Shown: positions 9,076 through 20,144, counted from the stretch's first letter. The stretch is DNA of 64,000 bases from Bdellovibrionota bacterium (GCA_050952645.1 JBMNLI010000012.1:160001-224000), one strand, 5' to 3'. A program made the numbers and translations. The notes: generated by a model not told the origin, from the letters alone.

Positions 9076-10080
9076 TTAAGCGATTAGCTTACAAACATCG
9101 ATCATTCTAGCAGAGAATCCCATTTCGTTATCATACCAAGCAACAACTTTTACCATTCTCTTTTCCATTACCATGGTGCATAGAGAGTCTACCGTCGATG
9201 AATTGATGCAACCAGTAAAATCGATTGAAACTAATGGCTCTTCACAATAACCTAAAACTCCTTTAAGCTCACCATTAGCAGCCTCTTTTAATGCAGCGTT
9301 TACCTCTTCTACCGTTACGTCTTTAGCTACTTCACATACAAGGTCTACAACTGATACGTCTGGAGTAGGAACTCTCATCGCAAATCCGTCAATCTTTCCC
9401 TTTAGCTCTGGAAGAACTAATGCAACGGCTTTAGCAGCGCCAGTAGTAGTAGGAATCATAGACATAGCAGCAGCTCTAGCCCTTCTTAAATCTTTATGAG
9501 GAAGATCTAGAATCCTTTGGTCGTTAGTGTAAGCGTGAATAGTAGTCATCGTTCCACGAACGATACCAAACTTTTCAGAAAGAACTTTAGCTACTGGTGC
9601 TAAACAGTTAGTCGTGCAAGAAGCATTACTAATAATGTTGTGCTTAGAAGCGTCGTAATCTTTTTGGTTTACACCGTAAACTACCGTTAAATCTGGCTCA
9701 GTTGCTGGAGCAGAGATTATAACTTTTTTTGCACCTGCATCGATATGTTTAGATGCATCTGGTTTTTTCGTAAAAAGACCTGTGCATTCCATAACTACAT
9801 CAACATTTAAACTTTTCCAAGGAAGATTTGCAGGGTCTCTTTCAGATAAAATTTGAATTTTATTTCCATTTACTACTAGATTGTTATCTTCTGCTTTAAC
9901 CTCAGCAGCAAAAGCACCGTGAACTGAATCGTATTTTAAAAGATGTGCTAAAGTTTTCGCATCAGTTAAATCATTAATAGCAACAACTTTTACATTTTTT
10001 TCTTGACCTGTTTTGTAGATTTGACGTAATACGTTTCTTCCAATTCTACCAAATCCATTTATAGCAACATTAACGCTCAT
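9076..10080 (-). CDS. gap: Glyceraldehyde-3-phosphate dehydrogenase, type I
   Basis: INGFGRIGR, ASCTTNCL and WYDNE motifs. Confidence 0.98.
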   Translation of the reverse strand: MSVNVAINGFGRIGRNVLRQIYKTGQEKNVKVVAINDLTDAKTLAHLLKYDSVHGAFAAEVKAEDNNLVVNGNKIQILSERDPANLPWKSLNVDVVMECTGLFTKKPDASKHIDAGAKKVIISAPATEPDLTVVYGVNQKDYDASKHNIISNASCTTNCLAPVAKVLSEKFGIVRGTMTTIHAYTNDQRILDLPHKDLRRARAAAMSMIPTTTGAAKAVALVLPELKGKIDGFAMRVPTPDVSVVDLVCEVAKDVTVEEVNAALKEAANGELKGVLGYCEEPLVSIDFTGCINSSTVDSLCTMVMEKRMVKVVAWYDNEMGFSARMIDVCKLIA

Positions 10081-10800
10081 AATACATACTCCTTAAAAAC
10101 ATAAATAAAATTATCTATAAAATAAAAACAATTTTTAAAACAAAATTAAATTTTTCTAGACGTCTTATTTTAATATTTTATTTTAAAAATTTCAAATTTT
10201 GAGTTTAAAATTTAATTTTTTTAATTACTGCTTAAATTAAAACTTATTATTAATTGCAACTATTAGAAAATAATATTTAGAAAATAAAATGATATTATTT
10301 TAAAAGTTATTTATTATATAATAGGTTTCGTTCAAAAAAATTTTATAAAATTCTCAAAGAACGTTTTTCTAGGCAGTTTTTATATACTCATATTATATTC
10401 ACATTATATTCACAATGCGTAGTAGAGACAAGATAGTTTTTCTTAATTTTTTTATATAATTCTTTTTTAATATTTTTTAACATAAGTAAAAAAGATAGCT
10501 TGAGGTTTGTTTTTTTATAATATATAATTTTTTTAATTCTAAGAATTTCATTAGTCAAAGTCTTAAAATATTAAATATAAAAATAAAATATTAAAATAAT
10601 TAAAAAATAATGTTTAAAGTCTAAATTATTAGGCTTTGATACTTTAGCATTCGTTTAGTGTGCTGAAGGTGTACTGTCTTTTCGTTTAATGCCTTATTTT
10701 TTTAAGTCATTTTTTTAAGTTGTTTTTTAAGTTATTTTTTTATTTTTTACGTTAATTTTATAAATTTTTATTTACTCAAGTTTTTTTACGGAGTTTTTAT

Positions 10801-11556
10801 ATGAAGGAAGTTCCAATTCAAGAATTAACGCCAGTTGCTACGCTCGTTCAAGATGCTGTAGAAACTGCAAGCCAAGTAGTGGCAAGTGCCACAGAGCCAG
10901 GGATTTTAGAAATGATTACCAATTCTGGCACGGTCGTATTTTCAGTTTTAATGCTATTAATTTTAGCTAGCGTGATTACTTGGGCAATAATCTTTGCAAA
11001 AATAATGCAGTATAAAAAAGTAAATAAGGAGTGCAAAGAGTTTAGAGATATATTTTGGAAGAATAGAAATTTTGCAAGAATTGAAGAAGCAACGGAGCAT
11101 TTATCGAACAATCCATACGTAAAAATTTTTAGGGCAGGCTATAGAGAACTTTCTCAAATAAAAGATAGAGATTTTACTGCTAATAGTGGTTCTTATTTAG
11201 ATATATTAAGACGTATTTTAGAAAGAAGTGCAATGTCTGAGCTAAGAAAGCTTGAATTCGGAAATACATTTCTAGCTACCGTTGCTACGGCAGCTCCATT
11301 TGTTGGGCTTTTTGGAACCGTTTGGGGAATTATGGTTGCTTTCCAAGGTTTAAGTTCCGTTAAGACTACGACGCTTCAAGCCGTTGCTCCAGGAATTTCA
11401 GAAGCTTTGATTGCTACTGCTGTCGGTTTATTTGCCGCTATCCCAGCATCGATAGCGTATAACTTTTTTGCTGTAAGAGTTAAAAATTATAAGGAAGAAA
11501 CCTCAGGGTTTATATCTGAATTTTTAAGTATTGCAGCTAAACATTTTGTGCAGTAA
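10801..11556 (+). CDS. tolQ: Tol-Pal proton channel protein TolQ
   Basis: APFVGLFGTVWGIM and VAPGISEALIATAVGLFAAIPA; first gene of the tol-pal cluster. Confidence 0.93.
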   Translation: MKEVPIQELTPVATLVQDAVETASQVVASATEPGILEMITNSGTVVFSVLMLLILASVITWAIIFAKIMQYKKVNKECKEFRDIFWKNRNFARIEEATEHLSNNPYVKIFRAGYRELSQIKDRDFTANSGSYLDILRRILERSAMSELRKLEFGNTFLATVATAAPFVGLFGTVWGIMVAFQGLSSVKTTTLQAVAPGISEALIATAVGLFAAIPASIAYNFFAVRVKNYKEETSGFISEFLSIAAKHFVQ

Positions 11557-11763
11557 CGTGCAATAAATAATATGAAAAAATAATATAAGAAAGTTTATAT
11601 TAGAAAATTTATATAAAAAGTTAATTATAAAAACTAATAAAAATTAATAAACACTAAGTAAACATTAAGTAAACACTAAGTAAACAAAGAGCATGAAAAT
11701 AAAGATTAATTGTGTTTTAAGTAAGTATTATATTAGTAAAATATTATAAAAGGTGAGTGATTT

Positions 11764-12183
11764 ATGGGGTTATCAAGTAATGGTAGCGATGGACCAGTGG
11801 CAGCTATAAACGTAACGCCACTAGTAGACGTGATGTTAGTACTGCTAGTTATTTTTATGGTAACTGCTCCGATGCTTCAGCAGGGAGTAGACGTGAATTT
11901 ACCAAAGGCGACTACTGCCCCTCTTGCTGGTTCTGAAGAGCAAGTAGTAATGTCTATCGATAAGGAAAAGAGAATTTTCGTTGGTTCTAAAAATGAAATT
12001 TTATTAGATGAAATCGTAAAGAAAATGCCTGCCATTTTAGATGCTAAAAAAGATGGTGGGGAAAGAAAAGTTTATATAAAGGCTGATAAAGATTTAGATT
12101 ATGGCTTCGTTATGAAAGTTATGGGAAAGCTTCACGAAGCTGGAATAGATAAAATAGGGCTAGTTTCGGCATCCGTTGATTAG
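11764..12183 (+). CDS. tolR: TolR (ExbD family)
   Basis: INVTPLVDVMLVLLVIFMVTAP and KADK..YG motifs; cluster context. Confidence 0.92.
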   Translation: MGLSSNGSDGPVAAINVTPLVDVMLVLLVIFMVTAPMLQQGVDVNLPKATTAPLAGSEEQVVMSIDKEKRIFVGSKNEILLDEIVKKMPAILDAKKDGGERKVYIKADKDLDYGFVMKVMGKLHEAGIDKIGLVSASVD

Positions 12184-12347
12184 TGCTAATCGATTGTTGC
12201 TAGTCGATTGTTGCAATAAGATTTTTACTATAAAAATTTGATATAAATTTAGTTATAAATATAGATTTTAAGAATAAAAAATATAAAATTGATATAAAAT
12301 TGATTAGATTATTAGTAATGTAATCTCGTTTTAGGTTAAAAATAGCA

Positions 12348-13430
12348 GTGATAATAGAGGACGATAATTTACTATTTGGAATAAAGAAAGAGTTTTTTGT
12401 AGCAGGACTTATACTGTCTGTTTGTGCACATTTATCCTTATTTCTTCTCGCTGCTCTTAGAATCTCTAATGTTAAGTTAGAACACAAAATCAATGAGCCA
12501 ATGGTCGTTTATTCAGTTAGTATTGAAGGGGGAAAGAGGTTAGGAGGTATAGCTCAAGTTTCTAAAACTGGGAAAAAAGAACCGCTAGTTCCTTATAAAA
12601 ATGTTGAAAGCACAAATGCCCCTGCCCCTAAGTTAGAAGCGAGTGGAAAAGCCGAGGTTTCTATAAAAGATACTGCTAAAGAAGAAGCAGAAAAAAAAGC
12701 AAAGGCTCTAAAAGAGCAGGCAGAAAAAGAAAAGGCTGAGATTTCTTTAAGAGAAGAAAAGGCTAAGGAAGAAAAGAGATTGCAAGAAGAGAAAGCTAAA
12801 AAGGCAAAGGCCGAGGCAGAAAGACAGGCTAAAGAAAAAGCTGCTAAAGAGGAGGCAGCAAAACAAGAAGCTGCTAAAAAGGAAGCTGCTAAAAAGGAAG
12901 CAGAAAGACAGGCTAGGGAGCAAGCTAGTAAGGCTACAAAAGGCGCTTCAAATAAAAATACTTCAAATAAAAACGCTAGACCTGATGGCGTAGTAGGTGG
13001 CACGGGCACTGGAAGTGGCACGGCGAATTTAGATACTAAACTTCAAAAAGCTTTGCAAAGGTATTTAGGCGAATCGTCCGATGCTGGTGGCGTGGGATTT
13101 GGAGCTGCTAAAGTTACTGGTGGAGATGGTATGGGAGGAGGCGTAGTTAGACCTCCAGAGTTTTTTGAATATAAAGATGTGTTAGTTAAGCATATAAAAG
13201 CGAATTGGAATTGGTTTGATACGTCGAAACCATATAAGGCACAAGTGCAAATGTCTATCGACCCTAAGGGGAATATTACTAAGCATTCGATAACTACTAG
13301 TTCAGGTAATGGGCGCTTCGATCAATCGCTTTTAAGGGCTATTGAAAAATCCTCACCAGTTCCAGCTCCGCCTAGTAATGTGTATGAGTTTTTTAAGGAT
13401 GTAAGGGTGATATTTGATCCTAGGGATTAA
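12348..13430 (+). CDS. tolA: TolA-like energy transducer
   Basis: N-terminal TM with S-x3-H (SVCAH), Lys/Glu/Ala-rich helical stalk and C-terminal SSGN..FD...RAI TonB/TolA domain; lies between tolR and tolB. Confidence 0.85.
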   Translation: MIIEDDNLLFGIKKEFFVAGLILSVCAHLSLFLLAALRISNVKLEHKINEPMVVYSVSIEGGKRLGGIAQVSKTGKKEPLVPYKNVESTNAPAPKLEASGKAEVSIKDTAKEEAEKKAKALKEQAEKEKAEISLREEKAKEEKRLQEEKAKKAKAEAERQAKEKAAKEEAAKQEAAKKEAAKKEAERQAREQASKATKGASNKNTSNKNARPDGVVGGTGTGSGTANLDTKLQKALQRYLGESSDAGGVGFGAAKVTGGDGMGGGVVRPPEFFEYKDVLVKHIKANWNWFDTSKPYKAQVQMSIDPKGNITKHSITTSSGNGRFDQSLLRAIEKSSPVPAPPSNVYEFFKDVRVIFDPRD

Positions 13431-13568
13431 GGATTAACTCTATTAGATTTTCTCTATTAGATTTTAGAGATTAGTTATAATCATATGTTTATAATATTAT
13501 ATTTATAATATTATCGTGAATTATTTTTTGTGAATTATTAAGAAGTTGTTTTTAGGAATTATTAAATT

Positions 13569-14912
13569 ATGAGAAAAATATTTTCGTTTTTATTAACAAA
13601 TTTATTATCAAATATATTATTAAGTTTATTAGTAAGCTTCGTTTCTCTATGCTTTTTGCCTAGTGTTAGCTTTTCAGCTTCATCTACCACTACAGATATT
13701 ACTATACAAGGTGCTGGAAAAAGATTTCCGATAGCGGTCACCTCGATTTGTAATCAGACATCACATAATTTAGAACCAGATAAAACTATAATAAGTAATC
13801 TAGATGTAAGCGGATATTTTAATGTTTTAAATCCTGAAACTTATATCGAGTCTAAAGGAAAGTGCGACGATAGTTCTTTTGCTTATTCCGATTGGAGTAT
13901 TATAGGTGCTGAAGGGTTAGTAAAGGGAGTAGCTTTAAATGAGGGAGGACAAATCAAAGTTAAGATGTATCTTCACGATGTAGTAAGGCAAGGAGTGGTA
14001 GTCGCAAAAGAGTATAAGATAAGCTCCCCGGCACAAATAAGCACGGTTGCTAATCGCTTTTCAAATGTTATATTAGAGTATTTTACGGGAACATCGAGTT
14101 TTTTTGGCTCTCAGATAGCATTTTCGGGAAGGGTAGGAAGATTTAAAGAGCTTTTTTTAATGAATGCAAATGGGACTGATATAAGACAAGTTACTAACGA
14201 TAGGGGGCTAGTGCTTTCAACTTCTTGGTCGCCAACGGGTTCTGACTTAATTTACACGTCTTATAGGAATAGGGCTCCCGATTTATTTAGATATTCGTTA
14301 GTTAATAGAAGATTGCTACAACTTACAACTGGTAATGCGTTAGAGATAGGAGGGCAATTTTCTCCTGATGGCAATACGATTTTATACTCGAGAACTAGAG
14401 GGTCGGCTGCGGATTTAATCTTAGCCGATTTAAGCGGAAAGACTATTAGAAATGTTCTAGTAGAGGGCGGAATTATAAACGTTTCGCCGTCTTGGTCGCC
14501 AGATGGGAAAGAGATAGTTTTTTGTTCAAATAGAGGAGGAGGTCCACAAATTTACAGAATGAGTAGTAGTGGAGCGAATATAAAAAGGGTAAGCTTTGTA
14601 AGCTCTAATTATTGCACTTCTCCTGCTTGGTCGCCAGTTGGAGATAAATTAACTTTCGTATGTAGAGCTGAGGGAAGATTTCAATTGTTCGTTACTGATG
14701 TAGATGGCTCAAATGCGCAACAACTTACAACGTATGGAAATAACGAGGATCCGTCTTGGTCCCCAGACGGACGTTATATCGCCTTTGCGTCTACTTTTGG
14801 CTCGTCTAGGGTGTTTAATATTGCAGTAATAAAATCTGATGGAAGCAACTTAAGACAGCTTACTTTTAGCAGTACTGGTTATACAGACCCTGCTTGGGGA
14901 CCAGTTGAATAA
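13569..14912 (+). CDS. tolB: Tol-Pal beta-propeller protein TolB
   Basis: Signal peptide, TolB_N domain and repeated P.WSPDG (PD40) motifs. Confidence 0.93.
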   Translation: MRKIFSFLLTNLLSNILLSLLVSFVSLCFLPSVSFSASSTTTDITIQGAGKRFPIAVTSICNQTSHNLEPDKTIISNLDVSGYFNVLNPETYIESKGKCDDSSFAYSDWSIIGAEGLVKGVALNEGGQIKVKMYLHDVVRQGVVVAKEYKISSPAQISTVANRFSNVILEYFTGTSSFFGSQIAFSGRVGRFKELFLMNANGTDIRQVTNDRGLVLSTSWSPTGSDLIYTSYRNRAPDLFRYSLVNRRLLQLTTGNALEIGGQFSPDGNTILYSRTRGSAADLILADLSGKTIRNVLVEGGIINVSPSWSPDGKEIVFCSNRGGGPQIYRMSSSGANIKRVSFVSSNYCTSPAWSPVGDKLTFVCRAEGRFQLFVTDVDGSNAQQLTTYGNNEDPSWSPDGRYIAFASTFGSSRVFNIAVIKSDGSNLRQLTFSSTGYTDPAWGPVE

Positions 14913-15258
14913 TTTTTTTAAAATTATTTATTTCAAATTTTTAAAAATATTTTTTTTTAAAAATTTCGCAACTAAAATTTTTAAGGTGGATTTTTTTAAA
15001 AGTTTTAAATATCGATTTTATTTTAAAAAATAATTTCAAATAAGTTAAAATATCTACTTGTTAATTTTAGTTTTTTATATTAACTTTTTAAGTAGTAAAT
15101 TTATCATAATGTTTATCGTGATATTTGTGATAAATTTATAAAATATATATATATTTTATAAAATGCTTTTAGGATTTAAAACTGTGATTATTTTTTGATT
15201 ATTAGTTATTAAAACCAAAAAAGAGAGGTTTAATTTATTTATGATAGGAGATTATGCA

Positions 15259-15687
15259 ATGCGTAGTGTTAAAATTTTATTAGCTCTAGTTTTAATAGTA
15301 GGGCTATCAGCTTGTACTTGTAGAAAATCAAATAATATTGCAGATGCAACAGAGGGTGGACCACTTAGTGATATCCACTTTGCTTTTGATTCTTATGCAA
15401 TTGAACCAGCTGCTAAAGAAATATTAAAATCAAATGCTGAGTGGTTAACTGAAAATGATTCAGCAACCGTTACTATTGAAGGACATTGTGACGAGAGAGG
15501 AACGGCAGAATACAATATGGCTTTAAGTGCTAAAAGAGCAAATGCAGTTTATGACTATATGAAGTCATTAGGAATTGCTGCTTCTCGTATGACTACTGCT
15601 CCTTATGGAGAAGAGCTTCCTTTAGACCCAGGTCATAACGAAGCTGCTTGGTCTAAAAACCGTCGTGCACACTTTGATGTTAAATAA
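15259..15687 (+). CDS. pal: Peptidoglycan-associated lipoprotein Pal
   Basis: Lipobox LSAC; HFAFDS, IEGHCDERGTAEYN and KNRRA motifs. Start placed at ATG 15259 after a GGAG RBS. Confidence 0.96.
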   Translation: MRSVKILLALVLIVGLSACTCRKSNNIADATEGGPLSDIHFAFDSYAIEPAAKEILKSNAEWLTENDSATVTIEGHCDERGTAEYNMALSAKRANAVYDYMKSLGIAASRMTTAPYGEELPLDPGHNEAAWSKNRRAHFDVK

Positions 15688-15730
15688 TTAATGTTAATTG
15701 TTTAACATTTTAAGTATGTTCGCTAATTTT

Positions 15731-15787
15731 AAACATTCTAGTAAGGCATCTTCTAAGTTTTTTAAGACCTTGCTAGGATGTTTTTTT
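15731..15787 (+). terminator. Probable intrinsic terminator after pal
   Basis: CATTCTAGTAAGG...CCTTGCTAGGATG followed by T7. Confidence 0.55.
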
Positions 15788-15976
15788 GTATCGAATAAAA
15801 AAAATATAAACAAAAACTTAAATAAAAAATTTAAGTAAAAAATCAGCGTAGAGTTTTTTTATAATAAATTTTAAGCTAGATTTAAAATTTAATATTAAAA
15901 TTTATTGTAAAAGAATTTTACTAGAAAATTTGAAACTAGAAAAATTAAAACTAGAAAAATTCAAGAAGTCTTTAGT

Positions 15977-16726
15977 ATGAAAAAAATATTTATCCTTTTT
16001 CTTTTATCAACATTTTTATCAACGTTTTGTGCTTGTGTATCTAGTAAAACCTCGAATGAGGTTTTATCATTAAGAAGATCCGTTGAAAATTTAAGAGCTT
16101 ATCAAATGGAACAATCAGCTGAGGTATCACGCCTTTCTGAAGATTTAAAAAAAATGCGTGGCGTAGTAGAAGAGCTTCAACACTATAAAGAACAAGCCTT
16201 ATCCGCTCAAAAAGTGGCCCAAACCTCAGATTTAAATATACAGCCTGCACTAGTAGGAGATTTAGCTAGCGATAAAATAGTAAAAGGGCGTGGTTTAAAT
16301 GCAATAGTGCCTGAAAATTTATTAAAGGAAGATGAGATTTTTGCATCGAAGCAAAATATAGAGTTCGGTAGAGAGATGCTAGAGATGTTAGAAAATATTA
16401 AGGGAAATAAATTTAGAGAAGCATTAACGATTTCAAATGATTTAATTACTAGTGCTACCGAGGAGCAACAAGCTAGAGTGTTATTTTGGCGTGGGATTTG
16501 TTCTGATGCAGTAGGAAATAATAAGGATGCGATAGTTAATTACAATTCTTTATTAACTACCTTTAGCTCTCACGCTAGAGCACCCATCGCTTTATATAAT
16601 CAAGCTTTAGTCTTGTTAAGGATAAAGGATAAGGAGACTGCTAAAATGAGTTTGCAAAAGCTAATAAATGAGTATCCTAATTCTGAGTATAGTGAAAAAG
16701 CTAAGAAGAAACTAAGAGATATTTAG
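15977..16726 (+). CDS. cpoB: Tol-Pal associated TPR protein CpoB/YbgF-like (probable lipoprotein)
   Basis: Signal/lipobox, N-terminal coiled coil and C-terminal TPRs (LINEYPNSEYSEKAK); follows pal. Confidence 0.75.
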   Translation: MKKIFILFLLSTFLSTFCACVSSKTSNEVLSLRRSVENLRAYQMEQSAEVSRLSEDLKKMRGVVEELQHYKEQALSAQKVAQTSDLNIQPALVGDLASDKIVKGRGLNAIVPENLLKEDEIFASKQNIEFGREMLEMLENIKGNKFREALTISNDLITSATEEQQARVLFWRGICSDAVGNNKDAIVNYNSLLTTFSSHARAPIALYNQALVLLRIKDKETAKMSLQKLINEYPNSEYSEKAKKKLRDI

Positions 16727-16810
16727 TTTTTTTTAAAGAAACTTAAACAAAATGTAAAAAAATTAAAACTTAAAAATATTTAAGTTGTAAGTTGTAATAT
16801 AGTAATATAA

Positions 16811-17856
16811 ATGAACGGTAATTTCACGTATGAGACGCAAGATAATGATGTAGGAAAAAGACTCGATGCTATTTTATTTAAAATTGCAAATTCAAAAGAA
16901 TTTAAAATAGCATTTAATAAAGTATTAAGTGAGAGTGATTGCAAAAATATTTTTTCAAGATCTAAGTTTCAAGAGTTAATAAAAGACGGTAAAATTTTAG
17001 TAAATAATAAAGTAGCAAAAAAACCATCTTATATTTTATCTGCAAAAGATTTAATTTCTATAAAATTATCCGATATTAAGCAAAGTAGCATTGAAATTAA
17101 GCCTTGGGATTTTAAAATCGATATTATTTTTGAAGATGATGATGTGCTAATAGTAAATAAGCCCAAAGAGCTCGTAGTCCACCCAGGGGCTGGGAATAGG
17201 GATAGAACTTTATTAAATGCACTAATCGATAAATTATCATTTGATAATAAAGGTAAAATAGGAAATAATGATTATAGAGAAGGTATAGTTCATAGAATAG
17301 ACAAAGATACTACTGGGCTTTTAGTAGTAGCTAAAAAATGAACTTGCTAAAAAAAAACTTACAGAGCAATTTAAAAAACGTTTAGTAGAAAGAAAGTACG
17401 TAGCGTTAGTGCTATCGACCCCTAGGGCAGATAGAGCGGTAAATAAAAGCACTAGTGGAACTATAGATAATTTTATAGGAAGAAGCCTTACTAATCGCCT
17501 TAAAATATCGGTTTTAGACGATGGCAGAGGAAAGCGTGCTATAACTTATTGGAAGAAGCTAGAAGAGTTTAAATACGCTTGCTTGCTAGAGTTTAAACTT
17601 GAAACTGGGCGCACGCATCAAATTAGAGTTCATATGGATTATTTAAACTCCCCAGTTATAGGTGATAAGCTTTATGGTGATTTTTCTTCTCTTCCAAAAG
17701 ATTTAAAAAACTGCATCTCTTAAATTTGGGCGTCAAGCACTCCATGCTAAATCGCTTTCGTTTACGCATCCTACTACTAGAGAAACTCTTTCTTTTAGCG
17801 TAGATATTCCAGACGATATGAAAGAGTTAATAGAGATTTTTAAAAATAGGAGATAA
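16811..17856 (+). pseudogene. rluD: RluD/RluA-family 23S rRNA pseudouridine synthase, split by two +1 homopolymer frameshifts (probably sequencing errors)
   Basis: S4 domain, NKP..VVHPGAG and HRIDKDTTGLL in frame A; LETGRTHQIRVH in frame B; RQALHAKSLSFTHP in frame C. Removing one A at 17333-17338 and one at 17705-17710 gives a single ORF ending at TAA 17856. Confidence 0.85.
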
Positions 17857-17860
17857 ATAT

Positions 17861-18085
17861 ATGAACAAAAAAGAAATTGAAAAAGTAAAAGAGCTTATAG
17901 AGAAAGGAAATTACGAGTTAGGTAAGCTATATGAAGAGCATACGAAACTCGACAAGAGGGTAGAAGCCTTATCTAATAAAACTTTTTTATCGCCAAAGGA
18001 AGAAGAAGAGTATAAAAAAGCCAAAATGTTAAAATTACAAGGCAAAAAAAGAATCTTAGAAATATTAAAAGAAGCTAAAGATTAG
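17861..18085 (+). CDS. Small coiled-coil protein, DUF465/YdcH-like
   Basis: AGGAG RBS and the pattern KLYEEH..LD..V..L......P.EE......K..KL..K. Confidence 0.7.
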   Translation: MNKKEIEKVKELIEKGNYELGKLYEEHTKLDKRVEALSNKTFLSPKEEEEYKKAKMLKLQGKKRILEILKEAKD

Positions 18086-18288
18086 TTTTTTACTTTTCAT
18101 ATTTTGCTTAATTTTATTAGAAAGAGGGCAACTTGTTTTTTAGCTTAAAAGAAAATTTTTGCTTTAACTAAAGGAGTTTTCTTTGTTATTATTTAGTCCT
18201 TAATAAAGTAAAATTTTCTTTTAAGTTATCACGATAAAGCGGTTTTTTTAAAGCTACTCTTAAAACGCATTGAAAAAGCGAAAAATTT

Positions 18289-18611
18289 TTACTTTTGTGT
18301 TATTCTTCTTCTAGTGCTGATTTTTATGCGTAGCATTCATGATAGCATCTCTAGTTTTAGCTGGGTCTAATTCTAAATGTTTGCAAATCGCAGAGAATGA
18401 AAAAAGATATTTATCATCGTCTTCATAGAAAATTTGATCGCCAGTTTTATCAAACATATATTCTACAGCCTCTTTTCTTAAAATGCCCCCCTGATTTATA
18501 ATCTTCTATCGCTCTTAGAACTATTGCTCTCATTAACTCCGAAACGGGGTCATAGCTTTTCCCTATATCGTAAGCTGGGTCGTGTTGTGGTATAAATGAT
18601 TGTCTTGCCAT
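18289..18611 (-). pseudogene. Small hypothetical protein (about 100-106 aa), frameshifted and absent from the ORF track
   Basis: AGGA RBS then ATG at 18611. Removing one G from the G6 run (18486-18491) gives MARQSFIPQHDPAYDIGKSYDPVSELMRAIVLRAIEDYKSGGILRKEAVEYMFD...YLFSFSAICKHLELDPAKTRDAI. A second A-run at 18321-18325 may extend it to TAA at 18289. Confidence 0.6.
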
Positions 18612-19094
18612 ATTGTAGTTTTCCTAAAAAAATATTAGTTGTTTTATAGGATTTTTTTTTCACAAGAATTTTTTTTGAAAATAAAAAATTTAAAGATATA
18701 GAAAGCTAAAAAATATCTAAATATAAAAGGTGTTCAAGCAAACAGTCTTTTCTATTTTTATTTTAATAGATTTTTGCTAGACTTTTAATAGATTTTAGTA
18801 TCTAAAAGTAATATCTTTAAATTAAGTTATTTTTTTAGTATTTATTGTGTTTGAAATCCTATTTGTGTGAATTTCTTTAGAACCTTATTAGAGCTTTTTT
18901 TTAAGATCTAGTTTTTGTAATTTAATTTTTATCCATTTTTCTCTTTAAATATTAGAGTTATTTAGAAAGTTTTAAGTTTAAATTTTTAGATATATAACTC
19001 TACCCATCGGATAATTTGCAACCTGAAAAATCTTATTCATACATTTTTGTTATACAGAAAAATTTCTTAATGTAGCAAAAAAAGTTTACTTTTT

Positions 19095-20144
19095 TTACTT
19101 TAAAGGTGTTTTCGTATAATTTTTGATGCTATTTAAGTAGTTTTGTAGTTTTGCGACGCCACTTTTAGAGTCGTGTAAGTAGCCTTGTAAGTAATTTTTT
19201 TCAATTTCTAATAATAGCTCATTTGCCTTATTATAATAAGTATCGAAATAACTATAAGCTTCTCTTATTATTCCATATTCTTTAAGTTCTAGGGTAATGT
19301 CTTTTAGTAGCGTATCATCAACCGTTAAAGCATTAAGGTAGGTATCAAAAAGCTTCGTTTTTTTATTTAACCATAGAGATACGATAATAGAGGGTTTTTT
19401 TTCTATAAAATCTATTCCTTGTTTTTTGCCTGTTATTTCCTTACTTGCCGTAATATCTAAAATATCATCGGCTATTTGAAAGCAAACCCCGATTAGCTCT
19501 CCTAGCTTTTTAAATTCTTTATATAAATTATTGTCAAAATCATTTTCTTTTACGTTTAAAAGATACCCTCCCATGGCACACAGTGAAAAAAGAGAGCTAG
19601 TTTTATCTTTCATAATACTTAGAGAGTCGTTTAGAGTAGCAGTTTTTAAGTTTATATCTAGCTCTTTAAATTCGCCTTGTATAAGTCTTAAAGCGGCTTG
19701 CTTAATCTCTACAATAAGTTTTTTAGGCAAATCGATGGCATAATCAAAAGCAAAGGCGAGTAGATAATCGCCTGAAAGGATAGCTTTCGTGTCTCCGTAT
19801 TTTTCTTTTACAGTAGGTTTTGAGCGTCTAACGATAGAGTCGTCTATAATATCATCGTGTATCAGCGTAGCGTTATGTAAAAGCTCTACACTAGTAGCAA
19901 AGTTAGTAGTAGGCTCGTTTATCTTGCTTGAAAATAAACTTGCAACTATAAAGATTAGCAAGGGACGCACTCTCTTACCGCCTGCAAAAATTTGGTATCT
20001 AGAAATACTGTCTAAAAGAGTTTCATTTGAAAAACTTTCGTTAAAATTTTGGTATATAATATTTAACTCTTCTTTAAATTGTTCTAGTAAATTATCTTCT
20101 TTATTTTTTGATGTATTGTTTTTTGATATATTATTTTTTGACAT
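19095..20144 (-). CDS. Polyprenyl diphosphate synthase (IspB/HepT-like)
   Basis: GGKRVRP, ELLHNATLIHDDIID, GDYL, KTSSLF and FQIADDILD motifs; start approximate. Confidence 0.92.
   Translation of the reverse strand: MSKNNISKNNTSKNKEDNLLEQFKEELNIIYQNFNESFSNETLLDSISRYQIFAGGKRVRPLLIFIVASLFSSKINEPTTNFATSVELLHNATLIHDDIIDDSIVRRSKPTVKEKYGDTKAILSGDYLLAFAFDYAIDLPKKLIVEIKQAALRLIQGEFKELDINLKTATLNDSLSIMKDKTSSLFSLCAMGGYLLNVKENDFDNNLYKEFKKLGELIGVCFQIADDILDITASKEITGKKQGIDFIEKKPSIIVSLWLNKKTKLFDTYLNALTVDDTLLKDITLELKEYGIIREAYSYFDTYYNKANELLLEIEKNYLQGYLHDSKSGVAKLQNYLNSIKNYTKTPLK

Noticed and set aside
14975..15010. Another copy of the hairpin repeat (TTTTAAGGTGGATTTT)
   Set aside because: The match is too short and AT-rich, and it has no partner arm.
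17333..17345. Programmed ribosomal frameshifting in rluD
   Set aside because: Two independent shifts would be needed and neighbouring genes show the same +1 homopolymer defect; sequencing error is simpler.
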